This document shows positions 32,719 to 43,203 of a DNA stretch of 64,000 nucleotides, piece after piece. The position numbers and the translations under genes were made by a program. The notes beneath the pieces are model-generated. The model was not told the DNA's origin and made no database searches. It saw only the letters and a program-made list of their open reading frames with translations. Source of the stretch: Bdellovibrionales bacterium (lineage in GTDB: Bacteria; Bdellovibrionota; Bdellovibrionia; Bdellovibrionales; UBA1609). The stretch is taken from the NCBI GenBank assembly GCA_965261545.1, contig CBDHDF010000011.1, forward strand, positions 96,001 through 160,000. Reading direction: 5' to 3'. The stretch's first letter is position 1, and every line of letters begins with the position of its first letter.

Positions 32719-33294
32719 ATGAAGCTCAAAAAAACCTGGTTGACTCCAAGTGGAGCATCGAAATCAGAAGTGAAAAAGTGCTATCCCATCAAGGATGAGG
32801 TCGCAACAAGAAGGCAAAGATTTAGTGAACACCTAGCATGTGCCCCCCATGTTGCAGGGCTGATAAAGCTGGCCCTGGTGGCAATCTTCCCCTTCCTGAT
32901 TTTCTTTGTCGTGGCTGGAAAGTGGAAGGTTCTTGTTTATTGGTTTGTCCTTTACCTTTCAGTTCTTCTTTGGACTCCCCTGTGGGTTTTGTTCTACCAC
33001 ATTATGACCAGCATGGCTCAATCCGTGGAAGTGATGGAGGAATTGGGCCGCTTTTCTGATGGAATCTCACTCTATGGAGCCAAGCTTGTGAGTTCAAGGA
33101 TGTACTATTTTTACTCCATCTATTCTTGGGTTCAACTATTGGTGGCCAGTCTCACAACGGGAAGTGTCTTCTTCTTTTTAAGGCCGATGCTGATGGAAAA
33201 CAAACAAGAATCTGCTCCAGAATTTATTGGTGGAGCCAGCAACACTGCGAACAAAACGAGCCTTGCTGTGAAGGCTGCGGGAGCTGCGTTATGA
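32719..33294 (+). CDS. Membrane protein, probable remnant of TraG N-terminal (mating-pair stabilisation) domain
   Basis: Three hydrophobic helices with 'AIFP...YLSVLLWTPLW' resembling TraG_N; directly upstream of the mob genes. Confidence 0.5.
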   Translation: MKLKKTWLTPSGASKSEVKKCYPIKDEVATRRQRFSEHLACAPHVAGLIKLALVAIFPFLIFFVVAGKWKVLVYWFVLYLSVLLWTPLWVLFYHIMTSMAQSVEVMEELGRFSDGISLYGAKLVSSRMYYFYSIYSWVQLLVASLTTGSVFFFLRPMLMENKQESAPEFIGGASNTANKTSLAVKAAGAAL

Positions 33295-33319
33295 ACCAAA
33301 GAGGGACGAAAGTACATCG

Positions 33320-33480
33320 GGAAAAGGCGAGCGAAGCGAGCACCTTGGGACTGCGAAGCAGTCATCAAGGGGGTTTGGGGGCTTGCCCTCAACAAGCAAA
33401 AAAGGGGCGAAGTCCCCCTGCTCCGCAGGAGCTTTTTTGGGAGAGGGGTACCCATCTCCATACTTGCATGTAAAACCGAA
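33320..33480. promoter_or_regulatory. Candidate oriT
   Basis: GC-rich patch of hairpins upstream of mobC; imperfect IR 33440-33459 followed directly by ATACTTGC, similar to MOBP nic sites. Confidence 0.5.
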
Positions 33481-33527
33481 CCCCAACGATAAAAAAATAC
33501 CCCAAATTAGAACATCAAAAAATATGC

Positions 33528-33625
33528 AACAAACAAAGAAAATAAAAGAAACAAACTAAGAAAACAAAAAAGACAAACAAAGAAAATAAAAAAGACAAAC
33601 AAAGAAAATAAAAGCAAACAAAGCT
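33528..33625 (+). repeat. A-rich direct repeats (ACAAACAAAGAAAATAAAA x3)
   Basis: Visible repeats between the candidate oriT and mobC. Confidence 0.75.
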
Positions 33626-33679
33626 AACTTAGAAAAAGATAAAAACACAACCCTCAAACTAACAAACAAAGGAGATCAA

Positions 33680-34033
33680 ATGAGTCAAAATAACATAATA
33701 AAACTAACCAAAGGAGGGGCAAGCCATGTGCGAATGTCTCCATCTGAGTATGACAGAATCAAAAAAGATAGTGAAACATCTGGGAAATCCATTCCTGACC
33801 TTTTGAGAGAATCTTATTTCAGTCAACCTCCAAGAAAAGTGCTTGTCGGCAGATCTGATTTAGCTATTTTGAGAAAAGATTTAAATAGAATTGGAAATAA
33901 TCTCAATCAAATTGCCAGAAGGCTCAATGTTGGTCTTATGCATGGATGGAGTGACAAACTGGATTCCGTCTTGGAACAATTTGAAACCCTAACGAATCAA
34001 ATTTACTACGGCTATGGCGTACATAAAAGTTAA
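33680..34033 (+). CDS. mobC: Mobilisation relaxosome protein
   Basis: HVRMS..EY RHH-like N-terminus; LNRIGNNLNQIAR signature. Confidence 0.92.
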   Translation: MSQNNIIKLTKGGASHVRMSPSEYDRIKKDSETSGKSIPDLLRESYFSQPPRKVLVGRSDLAILRKDLNRIGNNLNQIARRLNVGLMHGWSDKLDSVLEQFETLTNQIYYGYGVHKS

Positions 34034-35915
34034 ATGGAGGAAGGAGACTCCCAAGGGGAGAGAACTTTCAGCGAAAGACTATGAGAAATATTTACTTAAA
34101 GAAAGAGGAGCTGAGACTGTGACCCATTGCTATCACTGCCTTGAGGGAAGGTCTATTCAACAATTTGAACGTATTCAAGCCCTCTATGGGAAAAACAAAG
34201 CCCGCAGAGGTCAAAGTGTCAATGTGGCTTTTGAGGTGATTCACAGTTTCAGTCCTGAAGAAAGTAGGATTGTGCCTGCGGGGAAGGTCAATCTCATGGG
34301 GGTGACATTGGCAAAACGCTACTTCCCAGACCATGAGTTTGTTGTGGTCACTCATACGGATACCAACAAGACTCATAATCACATCTTGGTCAATCCAGTG
34401 AATGAAAAGACAGGGAAAAGAGATATAACCGACCAAAAAAAACATCTCTACAACCTTCGAACCATTGCTAATGACATTTCAAGAGAAAATGAGCTTTCTA
34501 TCATAAGGCCCACGGGAAAAGAGAAGGCTAGAAATATCCCACAAAAGGTTAAAGAGATTCAACGTAGGGGTGGCCAGTCTTATCGTTTGGACCTTTTCCA
34601 AAAAGCCGATTTTGCCAGAAGCTATGCGACAAGTTTTGATGAATATGTGAGCCTTTTAAACGAACTCTCTGTCAAGGTGGCCATCACTGAAAAGACCATT
34701 ACCTATCATTATGAAGGACATGAAAAGGGAATCAGAGGCAAGAAACTAGGTGCCAACTATGATAAATCGGGCTTGATGGAGAAGTTCAAATCCAATGATG
34801 AGTTGTTTCTAAAACAGCCTCAAGTAAGGAGCAAAATTAGAGATGGAATCAGCAATTTCAAAGATGGAAAAAGAGATTCTTTGGGAGCTTCAAGCCTATT
34901 ATCAATGTTTGGAGGAAATGCACAAAAACTCAATGAAAAAGATTACAAATCTTATACGAAAAGTGATCGTCGTGCTCATAGGACTCCTCTTCCTTCAAAC
35001 GATACTCTTAGTAATTCTATTATACCTATGAGTGAGATAAAAAGAGCCTCAAACAGTGACATTCTGGATTACTGCAAGAAACACAATATAGCCTGCATAG
35101 AAAACAAAAAGGGGGAAACGACTTTAAAGGGACGAGAACACGTTGTCATCCATGGAAATAGATGGACGAACACAAAGAACAAAACCACGGGTTCACTGAT
35201 TGAGCTTGTAAGCCTCCATGAAGACATAAGTTTTTTGGGAGCTATTGCAAAGATCACTGGCAACCAAAATCTTTCCCTTCTTGAACAGCACTTTGGGGAG
35301 GTCAAAAAACCCTACAAGTCCTTTCATATCCCCAAAATAAAAACAGAGTCGCCACACGTTGCAGAAGCCAAAATTAAGCAATTCTTTAGGCACCACAAAA
35401 TCAACGAGGGGCTGGCCGATGATCTTTTCAAACAAAAAAGAGTGCAGATCGATCAAAAAGGCGGCATCTGGTTCTATTCTGATGAGGATCAAAAAGAGGC
35501 TGTCCAGTACACACTGGCCTCGGATAACAGTTACAAGGCTCAATACCACGGGCGACAAAATACTCCATTGATGGAGCCCTCCGCCCATGGGAGTCGTGTC
35601 ACTGTTTATACGGATTTTCTTCACTTTCTGAAGGCTCATGGGAAAAAGGCATTGAGTGGAAAGTCAAAATCCTCTCTTGTCTTGAGAGGCTTGGATGAAC
35701 AAGCTTTTCACATTTTTCTAGCGACAAGGCCACAAATCAAAAGCCTTGAGTTTGTTGACCCTGAAAATAAGGGGCAACAAACCAGTAAGAAAAACCTTTC
35801 TGACAGGAAGGATTTTATGGATCGCCAGAAAAAGCAGCTTGAACCCTTTGATATCTCTGTCTCAACTATTTCCATGGAAAAGGCAATGGCAAGGGATCGT
35901 GGTTTAAGCATATAG
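34014..35915 (+). CDS. Relaxase/mobilisation nuclease (MOBP-like) with C-terminal extension
   Basis: IHSFSPEE and HTDTNKTHNHILVN HUH motif; overlaps mobC. Confidence 0.88.
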   Translation: MAYIKVKWRKETPKGRELSAKDYEKYLLKERGAETVTHCYHCLEGRSIQQFERIQALYGKNKARRGQSVNVAFEVIHSFSPEESRIVPAGKVNLMGVTLAKRYFPDHEFVVVTHTDTNKTHNHILVNPVNEKTGKRDITDQKKHLYNLRTIANDISRENELSIIRPTGKEKARNIPQKVKEIQRRGGQSYRLDLFQKADFARSYATSFDEYVSLLNELSVKVAITEKTITYHYEGHEKGIRGKKLGANYDKSGLMEKFKSNDELFLKQPQVRSKIRDGISNFKDGKRDSLGASSLLSMFGGNAQKLNEKDYKSYTKSDRRAHRTPLPSNDTLSNSIIPMSEIKRASNSDILDYCKKHNIACIENKKGETTLKGREHVVIHGNRWTNTKNKTTGSLIELVSLHEDISFLGAIAKITGNQNLSLLEQHFGEVKKPYKSFHIPKIKTESPHVAEAKIKQFFRHHKINEGLADDLFKQKRVQIDQKGGIWFYSDEDQKEAVQYTLASDNSYKAQYHGRQNTPLMEPSAHGSRVTVYTDFLHFLKAHGKKALSGKSKSSLVLRGLDEQAFHIFLATRPQIKSLEFVDPENKGQQTSKKNLSDRKDFMDRQKKQLEPFDISVSTISMEKAMARDRGLSI

Positions 35916-36058
35916 GTTTAGATACAGATTGAGGCGTACAGACTTAAGAGTACAAACATACAGATTTAAGTAACAGATTTAAACAAATAGAACCCTATAC
36001 CCAGGAGGTCATATGGAAGAAAGTAACATGAAAAAAAAATCATATAGAAGGAGGCAGC

Positions 36059-36418
36059 ATGGAACAAGACAATATTTTAAAGCCAGCCAGAAAGGCCAGC
36101 AAAAAGAGTGACTCCTCTGCGATTCGCTTTCACAGGGACTTTATGAGAAAAGTCTCAAAACTTGTGGATAGGGCCAATAAGAAGTCCTTTGGGAAAACGA
36201 TGAGGCCCGGAGCCATCCTTGAGAATCTTCTTCATCTCGCTGACGACAAACTCTTGGAGGAGGTTGTCAAAAAGACGCAGGAGGATTCACTCTCACACAA
36301 TGACAAAAGAGAGGTTTTTCTAAGGGAAAAGCTCACCAAGTTCAATGGGTCTAAGGAGCAGCTAGAACTCAAGATGATGGAGGTTTTCGACCAGTATTTG
36401 TCACAAAATCAATCTTAA
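36059..36418 (+). CDS. Hypothetical protein
   Basis: RBS AAGGAGG; 119 aa; its 3' end recurs upstream of integrase modules 3 and 4. Confidence 0.7.
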   Translation: MEQDNILKPARKASKKSDSSAIRFHRDFMRKVSKLVDRANKKSFGKTMRPGAILENLLHLADDKLLEEVVKKTQEDSLSHNDKREVFLREKLTKFNGSKEQLELKMMEVFDQYLSQNQS

Positions 36419-36502
36419 TTTTGTAGCAAAATGGACTCCTCATGGAGCCAATCTTTTCGATTTTGCTTAACTTATAACTTGTCTAACAAAGGAGTGATTG
36501 AT

Positions 36503-36775
36503 ATGATTATACGCAACTATCAAGAAAAAGATGGCAGGGATCAGAGTGTAAGTGACAAAATAAGTGATGGAACTTGCGACTCTGGTACGCTCTTTGACAA
36601 TTTAGCTTGGTTAACAACTAAAGAAACTGCACGCTACCTTCGCAAAAGCGTCAATGCCATCAGAATTTTGGTATATCGCAAAATTCTGAGAGCAAGAAAG
36701 TTTAGGCGAAGGCTGTATTTCAAAAGAGAAGAGTTGGATATGCTCATTGAAACCTCACAATTTATAGGAGGTTGA
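36503..36775 (+). CDS. Excisionase-like HTH protein, copy 1
   Basis: WLTTKETARYLRKSVNAIR...RRLYFKREEL; adjacent to the integrase. Confidence 0.85.
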   Translation: MIIRNYQEKDGRDQSVSDKISDGTCDSGTLFDNLAWLTTKETARYLRKSVNAIRILVYRKILRARKFRRRLYFKREELDMLIETSQFIGG

Positions 36776-37519
36776 AAATGGCAATTTTAACTTATGAAAA
36801 AAATGGAAAACAGCTTTTTCGAGTCTATGTTCAGGGGCGAGGAAAAGTAGATACTTCTTTAAGGGTTCAAAAGAATAAATTCAATATAGAGACCTTTAAG
36901 GATGCGTGCAAAGAAGAGAAAAGGCTTATTAAATCTGTTTCAGATGAGATCAATAGGATCGAAGGACGAGGGTTGAAATGGAGGGATATCATTTATCGCT
37001 GGGAAACCTATGCTTTGCAAGGACTCCTCGGAGATAAACAAAAAGACCCCCATTACATCAAGGACCATGTCAACCGACTGATCCACTATACAAAGCCTTG
37101 GCTTGATTGTGTGGCTTCCGAACTCACTAAGGGGGATGGAAGACTTGTCTTGAGTCAGGCGAAAGAAAGTGGAAGCAAGGAAAGTCTACTGAAAAAAATC
37201 AAATCCTCTGTGAATGTAGTCTTCAAATGGGCGATTGAGGAAAAACTGGTTGTTGGTGTTCACTCAAGCCCTACTGAGGGGGTCAATGTTTCAGATAAGG
37301 TGGAGAAGGTTCCTAAGATTCTGACCTTAGAAGAGATTAAAACCCTTCTCAAAGGGGCTAAAGAAGAGCAGCATCCCTGGTATCATATTTGGTCTTTTGC
37401 ATTTCTTACTGGAATGAGAAGTGGCGAGTTGAAGGCACTACAGTGGAGGGATATTGATTTTGACCGACAAACAATATTGGTATCCAAGTCCTACAATCAT
37501 CGTAAGCAAGTGATAAAAT

Positions 37520-39240
37520 GGGTATATCCGAGTTTCTCAACAGAAAATGGGCCTAATTTCGACGTTGCAGAATTACCGCATTAAAAACCAAGAAAATAAT
37601 TCAATTTCCATGATTTATCCCCCTCATTACTTTACCCATAACAAAACCATGGTTTAATCTCTTAATTTACTTATTGGAAAATAATACAGGAGATGCCATG
37701 GTCTTGAATAAGTTTATTATAAAGATGTTGAAATTATCATTCTTAAAAGTGACTTGGGTTAAATTTAAAAATCGAAATCAAGAACTTCACTTAGGGGTTA
37801 AACCCCATAAGAATGGCTGCCGCTGTCCTCATTGTGGACGCCGCTGTAAGATACTTAGATGCTTAGAAGAAAGAGTGTGGCGAGATATCGTCGTGTGCGG
37901 TACCCCCATTTATTTCCATTATTCTCCGAAGGAAGTTCTGTGTCCCACTCATGGTCGTATTATGGAGAGAATTCCTTGGGCCGACCACTTCAGTCGAGTC
38001 ACCTATCGTCTGGAACTAACAATTCTGACCCTGACCAAGCAGATGACCCAAAAAGCCGTTTCAGAGCTTGTCAAGATACCCACATCCACCTTATCTGATC
38101 TTATTCATCGAATCATCCACAGGGAACGAGATGGTCACAAAATTCGTGGTTTGGAGGTCATTGGAGTCGATGAAATTTCTTATGCTAAGGGAAGGAAGTT
38201 TATTACCTTGATTTACGACATGAAGAAAGGCTGTGTCGTTTGGATTGGAAAAGGTAAGGGTAAGGAGACAATAGACTCCTTTTTTACAAAGGAACTCAGC
38301 CAATATCAGCGAGACAAAATTAGAGTGGCTTGTTGTGATATGGCTCAAGGCTACATCTCCTCTATCAAGGAGCATTGTAAGAATGCTACTCTCGTTTTGG
38401 ACAAATTTCACATTATTCAATCCCTCAACAGGGCTGTGGATGAGGTGAGAAAAGAAATTTGGAGAGATGCCTGCAAGAAGGACAGAAAGGCTATTAAGGG
38501 AACTCGCTGGTTGATAGCCTACAGTTCATCCTCTCGTAGTAAGGCCCAAACTCGTAAAATTAACCTCATGGAGAAATCTAACAATAAAATATTCAGAGCA
38601 TGGCTGCTTAAAGATAATTTTGAGCATTTCTGGGATTATGTGAGTCCAGGTCATGCTGCGAATTTTCTGAATGCCTGGATCACTCGTGCCTTAAGATCAC
38701 GCATTGATTCTATGAAAAAGTTTGCCTTGATGCTCAGGAAGCACCAAGAAAATATTCTTTCCTTCATTAAAGATCCTGTCACAAATGCCAAGGCTGAGGG
38801 AATCAATCGCCTTCTAAAGATCATAAAAAATCGGGCTTCAGGATTTAAGAACCTACAGGGTTTTGAGAATATGATTTACTTGTGTGCTGGGGATTTGGAT
38901 ATTGTTGGAAGTTTCCCCAAGCGTTTTTGTACATTATAGTTTTTATTGTCGATCAACATTTCTTTTTCCAATTCACCTCCCCATACTAACTCCGCCAAGA
39001 TGAGTCAGTTATCCACAGACTCATCCATGGCGACGCTGCGGCTATGGCCCTCGGAGCCACAATAAAGCAGCGCTGCTGTGGGTGAGTCTTGTGGATAACG
39101 GCGGCTCTCCACACAAGTGATTTGGTAGCCCTGTCCTCCGTGTTTTTATGTACAAATCTTAGGAATAACCTGTACATCCAGTTTTTAGCTATTTCCCTAG
39201 GGAATTTGGACTTTAGGCTCCGAGAAACTCGGATATAGCC
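37520..39240 (+). mobile_element. ISL3-family element
   Basis: IRs GG(G/C)TATATCCGAGTTTCTC (18/19 match); 8-bp TSD GATAAAAT (37512-37519, 39241-39248). Confidence 0.94.
37674..38939 (+). CDS. ISL3 transposase
   Basis: CPHCG zinc finger, IGVDEIS, CCDM, DKFHI and TNAKAEGIN motifs. Confidence 0.93.
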   Translation: MENNTGDAMVLNKFIIKMLKLSFLKVTWVKFKNRNQELHLGVKPHKNGCRCPHCGRRCKILRCLEERVWRDIVVCGTPIYFHYSPKEVLCPTHGRIMERIPWADHFSRVTYRLELTILTLTKQMTQKAVSELVKIPTSTLSDLIHRIIHRERDGHKIRGLEVIGVDEISYAKGRKFITLIYDMKKGCVVWIGKGKGKETIDSFFTKELSQYQRDKIRVACCDMAQGYISSIKEHCKNATLVLDKFHIIQSLNRAVDEVRKEIWRDACKKDRKAIKGTRWLIAYSSSSRSKAQTRKINLMEKSNNKIFRAWLLKDNFEHFWDYVSPGHAANFLNAWITRALRSRIDSMKKFALMLRKHQENILSFIKDPVTNAKAEGINRLLKIIKNRASGFKNLQGFENMIYLCAGDLDIVGSFPKRFCTL

Positions 39241-40170
39241 GATAAAATGCACTAAGGCTGGTTACTGGCGAAATGTTCCCATTTCCAATGACCTTCTGAG
39301 GATTATCACTGAGCTTCAAAAAGATGGTCACTCTGACCCTGAAGGCTTTGTGCTTCCAAGGCATGGGACGTGGACCAATGGTGAAGCTGGAAAGGTTTTG
39401 AGGACATTTTTAAAGAAGTATAGCATAAATCAGCATGTTGTATTTCATACGCTCAGGGCTTGCTTTGCGACTCACATGTTAGCTCAGGGGGTGAATCAAG
39501 CCACCGTTATGAAAATCGGTGGATGGAGAGACATTAAGACTTTCCAGATTTACGTTCGGCTCGCTGGGGTTGAGGTCAAAGGTGCAACAGATGTTTTGCA
39601 AGTGATTCCAGCACTTGATTCTCTTGTTTCTAAAGATAATGTGATCGGCTTTCCTTGGCACAAGGCTAAGGGCTCTCGGATATGAAATAGTAAAATAATT
39701 ATACACGATAAATCAATTTGTGGGGCCTTGAAAACAGTTCTTGGGTTGACCTAAGTAGGTTAGTTTAGAGTTCCGTTTACAGGCGCAAAGTCCTAACAAC
39801 AAGTGTTGTGGCATGATTTCTCCTTTGCCGATAAAATTAAGACTTGACAAAAAAAATGGAGGTGACTGTGCGCACATAAAATCTGTAGGAAAAGCCGTAG
39901 CAAGGAGTGTCATGTCAACACAATTCTAAACTATTGCAGTCAAATGTATTCCAAGTGTTATGATGTGCCCTCACCTCAGGCTTCTGGGACATTCTAAGGG
40001 ACTGGCGATTGCTCACAGTGGCCCTGGAGCCGACAAAACTCCGATAGATTCATTAATATGACCCATTTTGAAACATTTTACTTGGAATGTGCTTGAAAAT
40101 AGGCTAAAGTATGTCTTTAAAATGTCCGAAATATGGTTTATAATAGGTTTATGGAGGATAGAGGATATTC

Positions 40171-40572
40171 ATGGTTGATCCACAAACTATTTTTAACAAC
40201 CTGCCCCCAGAGTCTTCTCCCTTTTGGAATGAGCAATCTCGGAGTCTGGATTACCAACGAATTGCTAAAGACTTTTTTGATGTGGCAGATAGGAAAGAGA
40301 AGATAAGCCAAATCCTTGGTGTAAGTAAAAGCTCTGTACGGTATGACCGTAAGATGCCAAGGGAGGTAAAGGAGTTGTTGCAAGATACTGTAACCATTTT
40401 TCACTTGGTCTATACTCATTTTGGCGAGGATTTTGATAAAACAAAACTTTGGTTTGAACTACCTAACCCTATGATCGGAGAAAACATCACCCCACAACAG
40501 ATGATTTATATTGGGCGACAGCAAAAACTCCTTCAAATTGTTTTTGCAGCGACTCAAGGTGACCGACCCTAG
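40171..40572 (+). CDS. Xre/MbcA-like antitoxin
   Basis: HTH-like ISQILGVSKSSV; C-terminal LWFELPNPMIG..TP; coupled to the RES gene. Confidence 0.75.
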   Translation: MVDPQTIFNNLPPESSPFWNEQSRSLDYQRIAKDFFDVADRKEKISQILGVSKSSVRYDRKMPREVKELLQDTVTIFHLVYTHFGEDFDKTKLWFELPNPMIGENITPQQMIYIGRQQKLLQIVFAATQGDRP

Positions 40573-41462
40573 TGAGAAGAAAAACGCTACCAATAGGAAG
40601 TTCCGATCCAGAAGTTATGAACCTAGTTCAATCTTCCGATTCAACAAAACAGATTAAAGAAAAGATTGCATTTAAGTACAAGTTTTATTCCGAACTTGTT
40701 CAAAAGAGGTCTGTACTTCAGAAAGAAATCAAAGCATCTCTTGTGTCAAAAATACAAGTGTTTCCTTTTAATGACTGGTGGAGGTTAACTACAACGAAGT
40801 ACTCCATGGACCCTATAAATGCTAGTGGGAGTTACAAAAATCCAATTGGAGGACGCTTCAATGTTGGGCAGATTGATACGACGAATACTGATAAATTCGT
40901 TACATTTCCAGCCCTTTACTTGGCAAAAACAAAGCAAACAGCTATAAAAGAAGTATATCCTCCAATAAAAAAGAAATGCTCACTTTCATCAATGGAGTTG
41001 ATGTTATCTAGCAAAGAGGCAAATGCTTTCTTTAAGGTGAGAGGAGAGGTCCGTGTCTTGGATATTGATAGCCCCAACAATCTAACTGCTTTTGTAAAGG
41101 TCATTAAAAAAATAACGATTGACGCTGACACTGAAAAGGAGGCTCTTAGGCTATCAGAACCTAACCCTCAGACAGTACAAACAGTGAAGGAGCTTAAAAG
41201 GGCTCTATATTCTACTAATTGGAAAAACTTCATAAGTATTTATGATGACCCTCCTCCTTCGCAAATTTTTGGGCAAATTGTAAGGTCTTCTGGAATTGAG
41301 GGGTTATTATACTCATCAATTCATTCTCAAAATAAGCATGATTGTAAGTGCTTAGCTTTATTCTTAGAAAACTTTGAAGACTCGGCTTCTTTTGTAGAAG
41401 TGATTGATTCTGACATTAGCAAAAAAAGAATAGATCAGAACACGTTTAAAGAATTCTTCTAA
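40572..41462 (+). CDS. RES domain protein (putative toxin)
   Basis: GGRFN, ALYLA...TAIKE and SQIFG...IEGLLYSS motifs. Confidence 0.82.
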   Translation: MRRKTLPIGSSDPEVMNLVQSSDSTKQIKEKIAFKYKFYSELVQKRSVLQKEIKASLVSKIQVFPFNDWWRLTTTKYSMDPINASGSYKNPIGGRFNVGQIDTTNTDKFVTFPALYLAKTKQTAIKEVYPPIKKKCSLSSMELMLSSKEANAFFKVRGEVRVLDIDSPNNLTAFVKVIKKITIDADTEKEALRLSEPNPQTVQTVKELKRALYSTNWKNFISIYDDPPPSQIFGQIVRSSGIEGLLYSSIHSQNKHDCKCLALFLENFEDSASFVEVIDSDISKKRIDQNTFKEFF

Positions 41463-41749
41463 AAAGTAGAATGGCAAAGACTCTGGGTGAGTTACTAGAA
41501 ATCCTGCATATGCAGGTTGGAACTGGCTAAATCATTGAGATCACTATGAAAATATTGGATTAAAAGGAAGACTTTGGATTTAGAACGCAATCGAATGGCC
41601 GTCTACCAAGTTTGGGTATGATTGACTCCATGGAGCCAATTACTTCGATCTTTCTTAACTTGTCGCTGTCGCGAAATTAAAAAGGGCCGTTTATGTGCCC
41701 TCATTTGGACTTGGGCTCTGAAGTAGCCTCTTTTTAACTTTCCCTTGTT

Positions 41750-43147
41750 CTACCCACCCTTGAAGCTTGGAGTTGGCATCGTCACCGCTAAATTTCTCAT
41801 AATTTGGTGCAGATTGAACCCCATGGTCGAGCGATACCCCGAAGCCAGTGTGGCCCCATCCCCTTTCATCTTGCTTCTTGCTAATCCAAAGTTTTTGACA
41901 TGCCCTATGAGAGGTTCGACCCCCGACCTGCGATTGTATAATTCTTCTTTCTGGGGGGCTTCGACCTGTTCTTTTACGTTGGCAGGTCTTTGAATTCCAT
42001 CTGCATTTCCCACAACATCTTTGACGAGATTGACGTTGGCTTGTGAATAATACCCCTTGTCTGTTGTAACTGACTCTAAAATATCTTCGCCAAATATTTT
42101 TTGATGTTCTTCCAATATAGCTGGCAATGACTCCTTGTCGTCCATTCTCACAGAAGTGCAAGTATAGGGAACAATAAAATTTCCACCAATCCGCCCGACT
42201 TGGAAGACCCTCCCAAACTCCTTGTCTTTGCCTAACTTCCCCTTTTTGATACAGGCGACCGCACACAATTTGAAGGCAAGGATTTTGCCAGGCTTGATGG
42301 TGTGAGTTCTTACAAAATGGGCCACGTCCAAAAGGTATCTCCAAGCCTTGTCTCTCACTTCTGTGACGGCTTCTCGGTGGTTCCAAGGAAGACTCGCTAG
42401 AGCCTGTGGAGAAAGATTTTCTGCAAACCTTATAAAGGCTTTTAACTCTGACTTTACAAGACTGTGAAGGTCTGAAAATACCTCCCTCTTCTTCTCTAAT
42501 ACACAATTTTTGGCTAGAAAAAAATACTTTCGAGCGGCCTTGATGATGGCTTTGATATCTATGGTTATACCCGATGGTAAGTAGGTCTTCTGCTTTTCTT
42601 GAAGATACGAAAGAATTTTGTAACACTTCTGAGCCAACTTTTTCAAAAGACTGGCATCGGAGGGATAAGCCATATTGGCTTCCTGAACGGTCGAATCGAC
42701 ATCCAAATGAGAGGCGTCTGCAAACCCCAGGGATTGAGCCAAGCGAAGAATATAATCTCCTATTTCTTTGTGAGTCTCTTCCGTCAGTCGATTGCGAAAT
42801 TTTTCTATTTTCGTATGATCGGGACAACACCATTTTTTGAGGATATTTAGACCACAAAAAAGCTGATAACTGGCCGTTTCTTTTATCCGTTGCTCCACCC
42901 CTCGATCCGTGAGTTTGAATAGAACCTGAAGCAGCAGCACGGCTAGATGAACTCTTAAAAAGAGCTTTCTTCCTAGCCACCAAAAACCCTTTGCAGTCGT
43001 GGCTTTTAAGTCGGGCATGACCAGACACGACAGATAGCTCCAATCGACGTGGTTGGCCAGTTGAATCAGAGGATCGGATTCTGTGACGATAATAGATACC
43101 TTGGCAGGGTGGACCTTGGTTTCGAGGCCTTCTGGGCATAAACTCAT
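41750..43147 (-). CDS. DDE transposase (IS5-like)
   Basis: VDSTVQEANMAYPSD, GKLGKDKEFG, TDKGY and RSGVEPLIGHVK motifs. Confidence 0.88.
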   Translation of the reverse strand: MSLCPEGLETKVHPAKVSIIVTESDPLIQLANHVDWSYLSCLVMPDLKATTAKGFWWLGRKLFLRVHLAVLLLQVLFKLTDRGVEQRIKETASYQLFCGLNILKKWCCPDHTKIEKFRNRLTEETHKEIGDYILRLAQSLGFADASHLDVDSTVQEANMAYPSDASLLKKLAQKCYKILSYLQEKQKTYLPSGITIDIKAIIKAARKYFFLAKNCVLEKKREVFSDLHSLVKSELKAFIRFAENLSPQALASLPWNHREAVTEVRDKAWRYLLDVAHFVRTHTIKPGKILAFKLCAVACIKKGKLGKDKEFGRVFQVGRIGGNFIVPYTCTSVRMDDKESLPAILEEHQKIFGEDILESVTTDKGYYSQANVNLVKDVVGNADGIQRPANVKEQVEAPQKEELYNRRSGVEPLIGHVKNFGLARSKMKGDGATLASGYRSTMGFNLHQIMRNLAVTMPTPSFKGG

Positions 43148-43203
43148 AGCGATAATCCTTTATCATGAGGTGAAACATGGTAATAAGGTTAACAGGAGGC
43201 CCA

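Larger units (their letters stand above)
36778..39685 (+). pseudogene. Tyrosine integrase, copy 1, interrupted by ISL3
   Basis: TGMRSGEL before the IS and FHTLRACFAT...Y after it; homologous to the intact copies. Confidence 0.92.

Noticed and set aside
33528..33625. A-rich repeats as CRISPR array or iterons
   Set aside because: Low complexity, no unique spacers, no rep gene.
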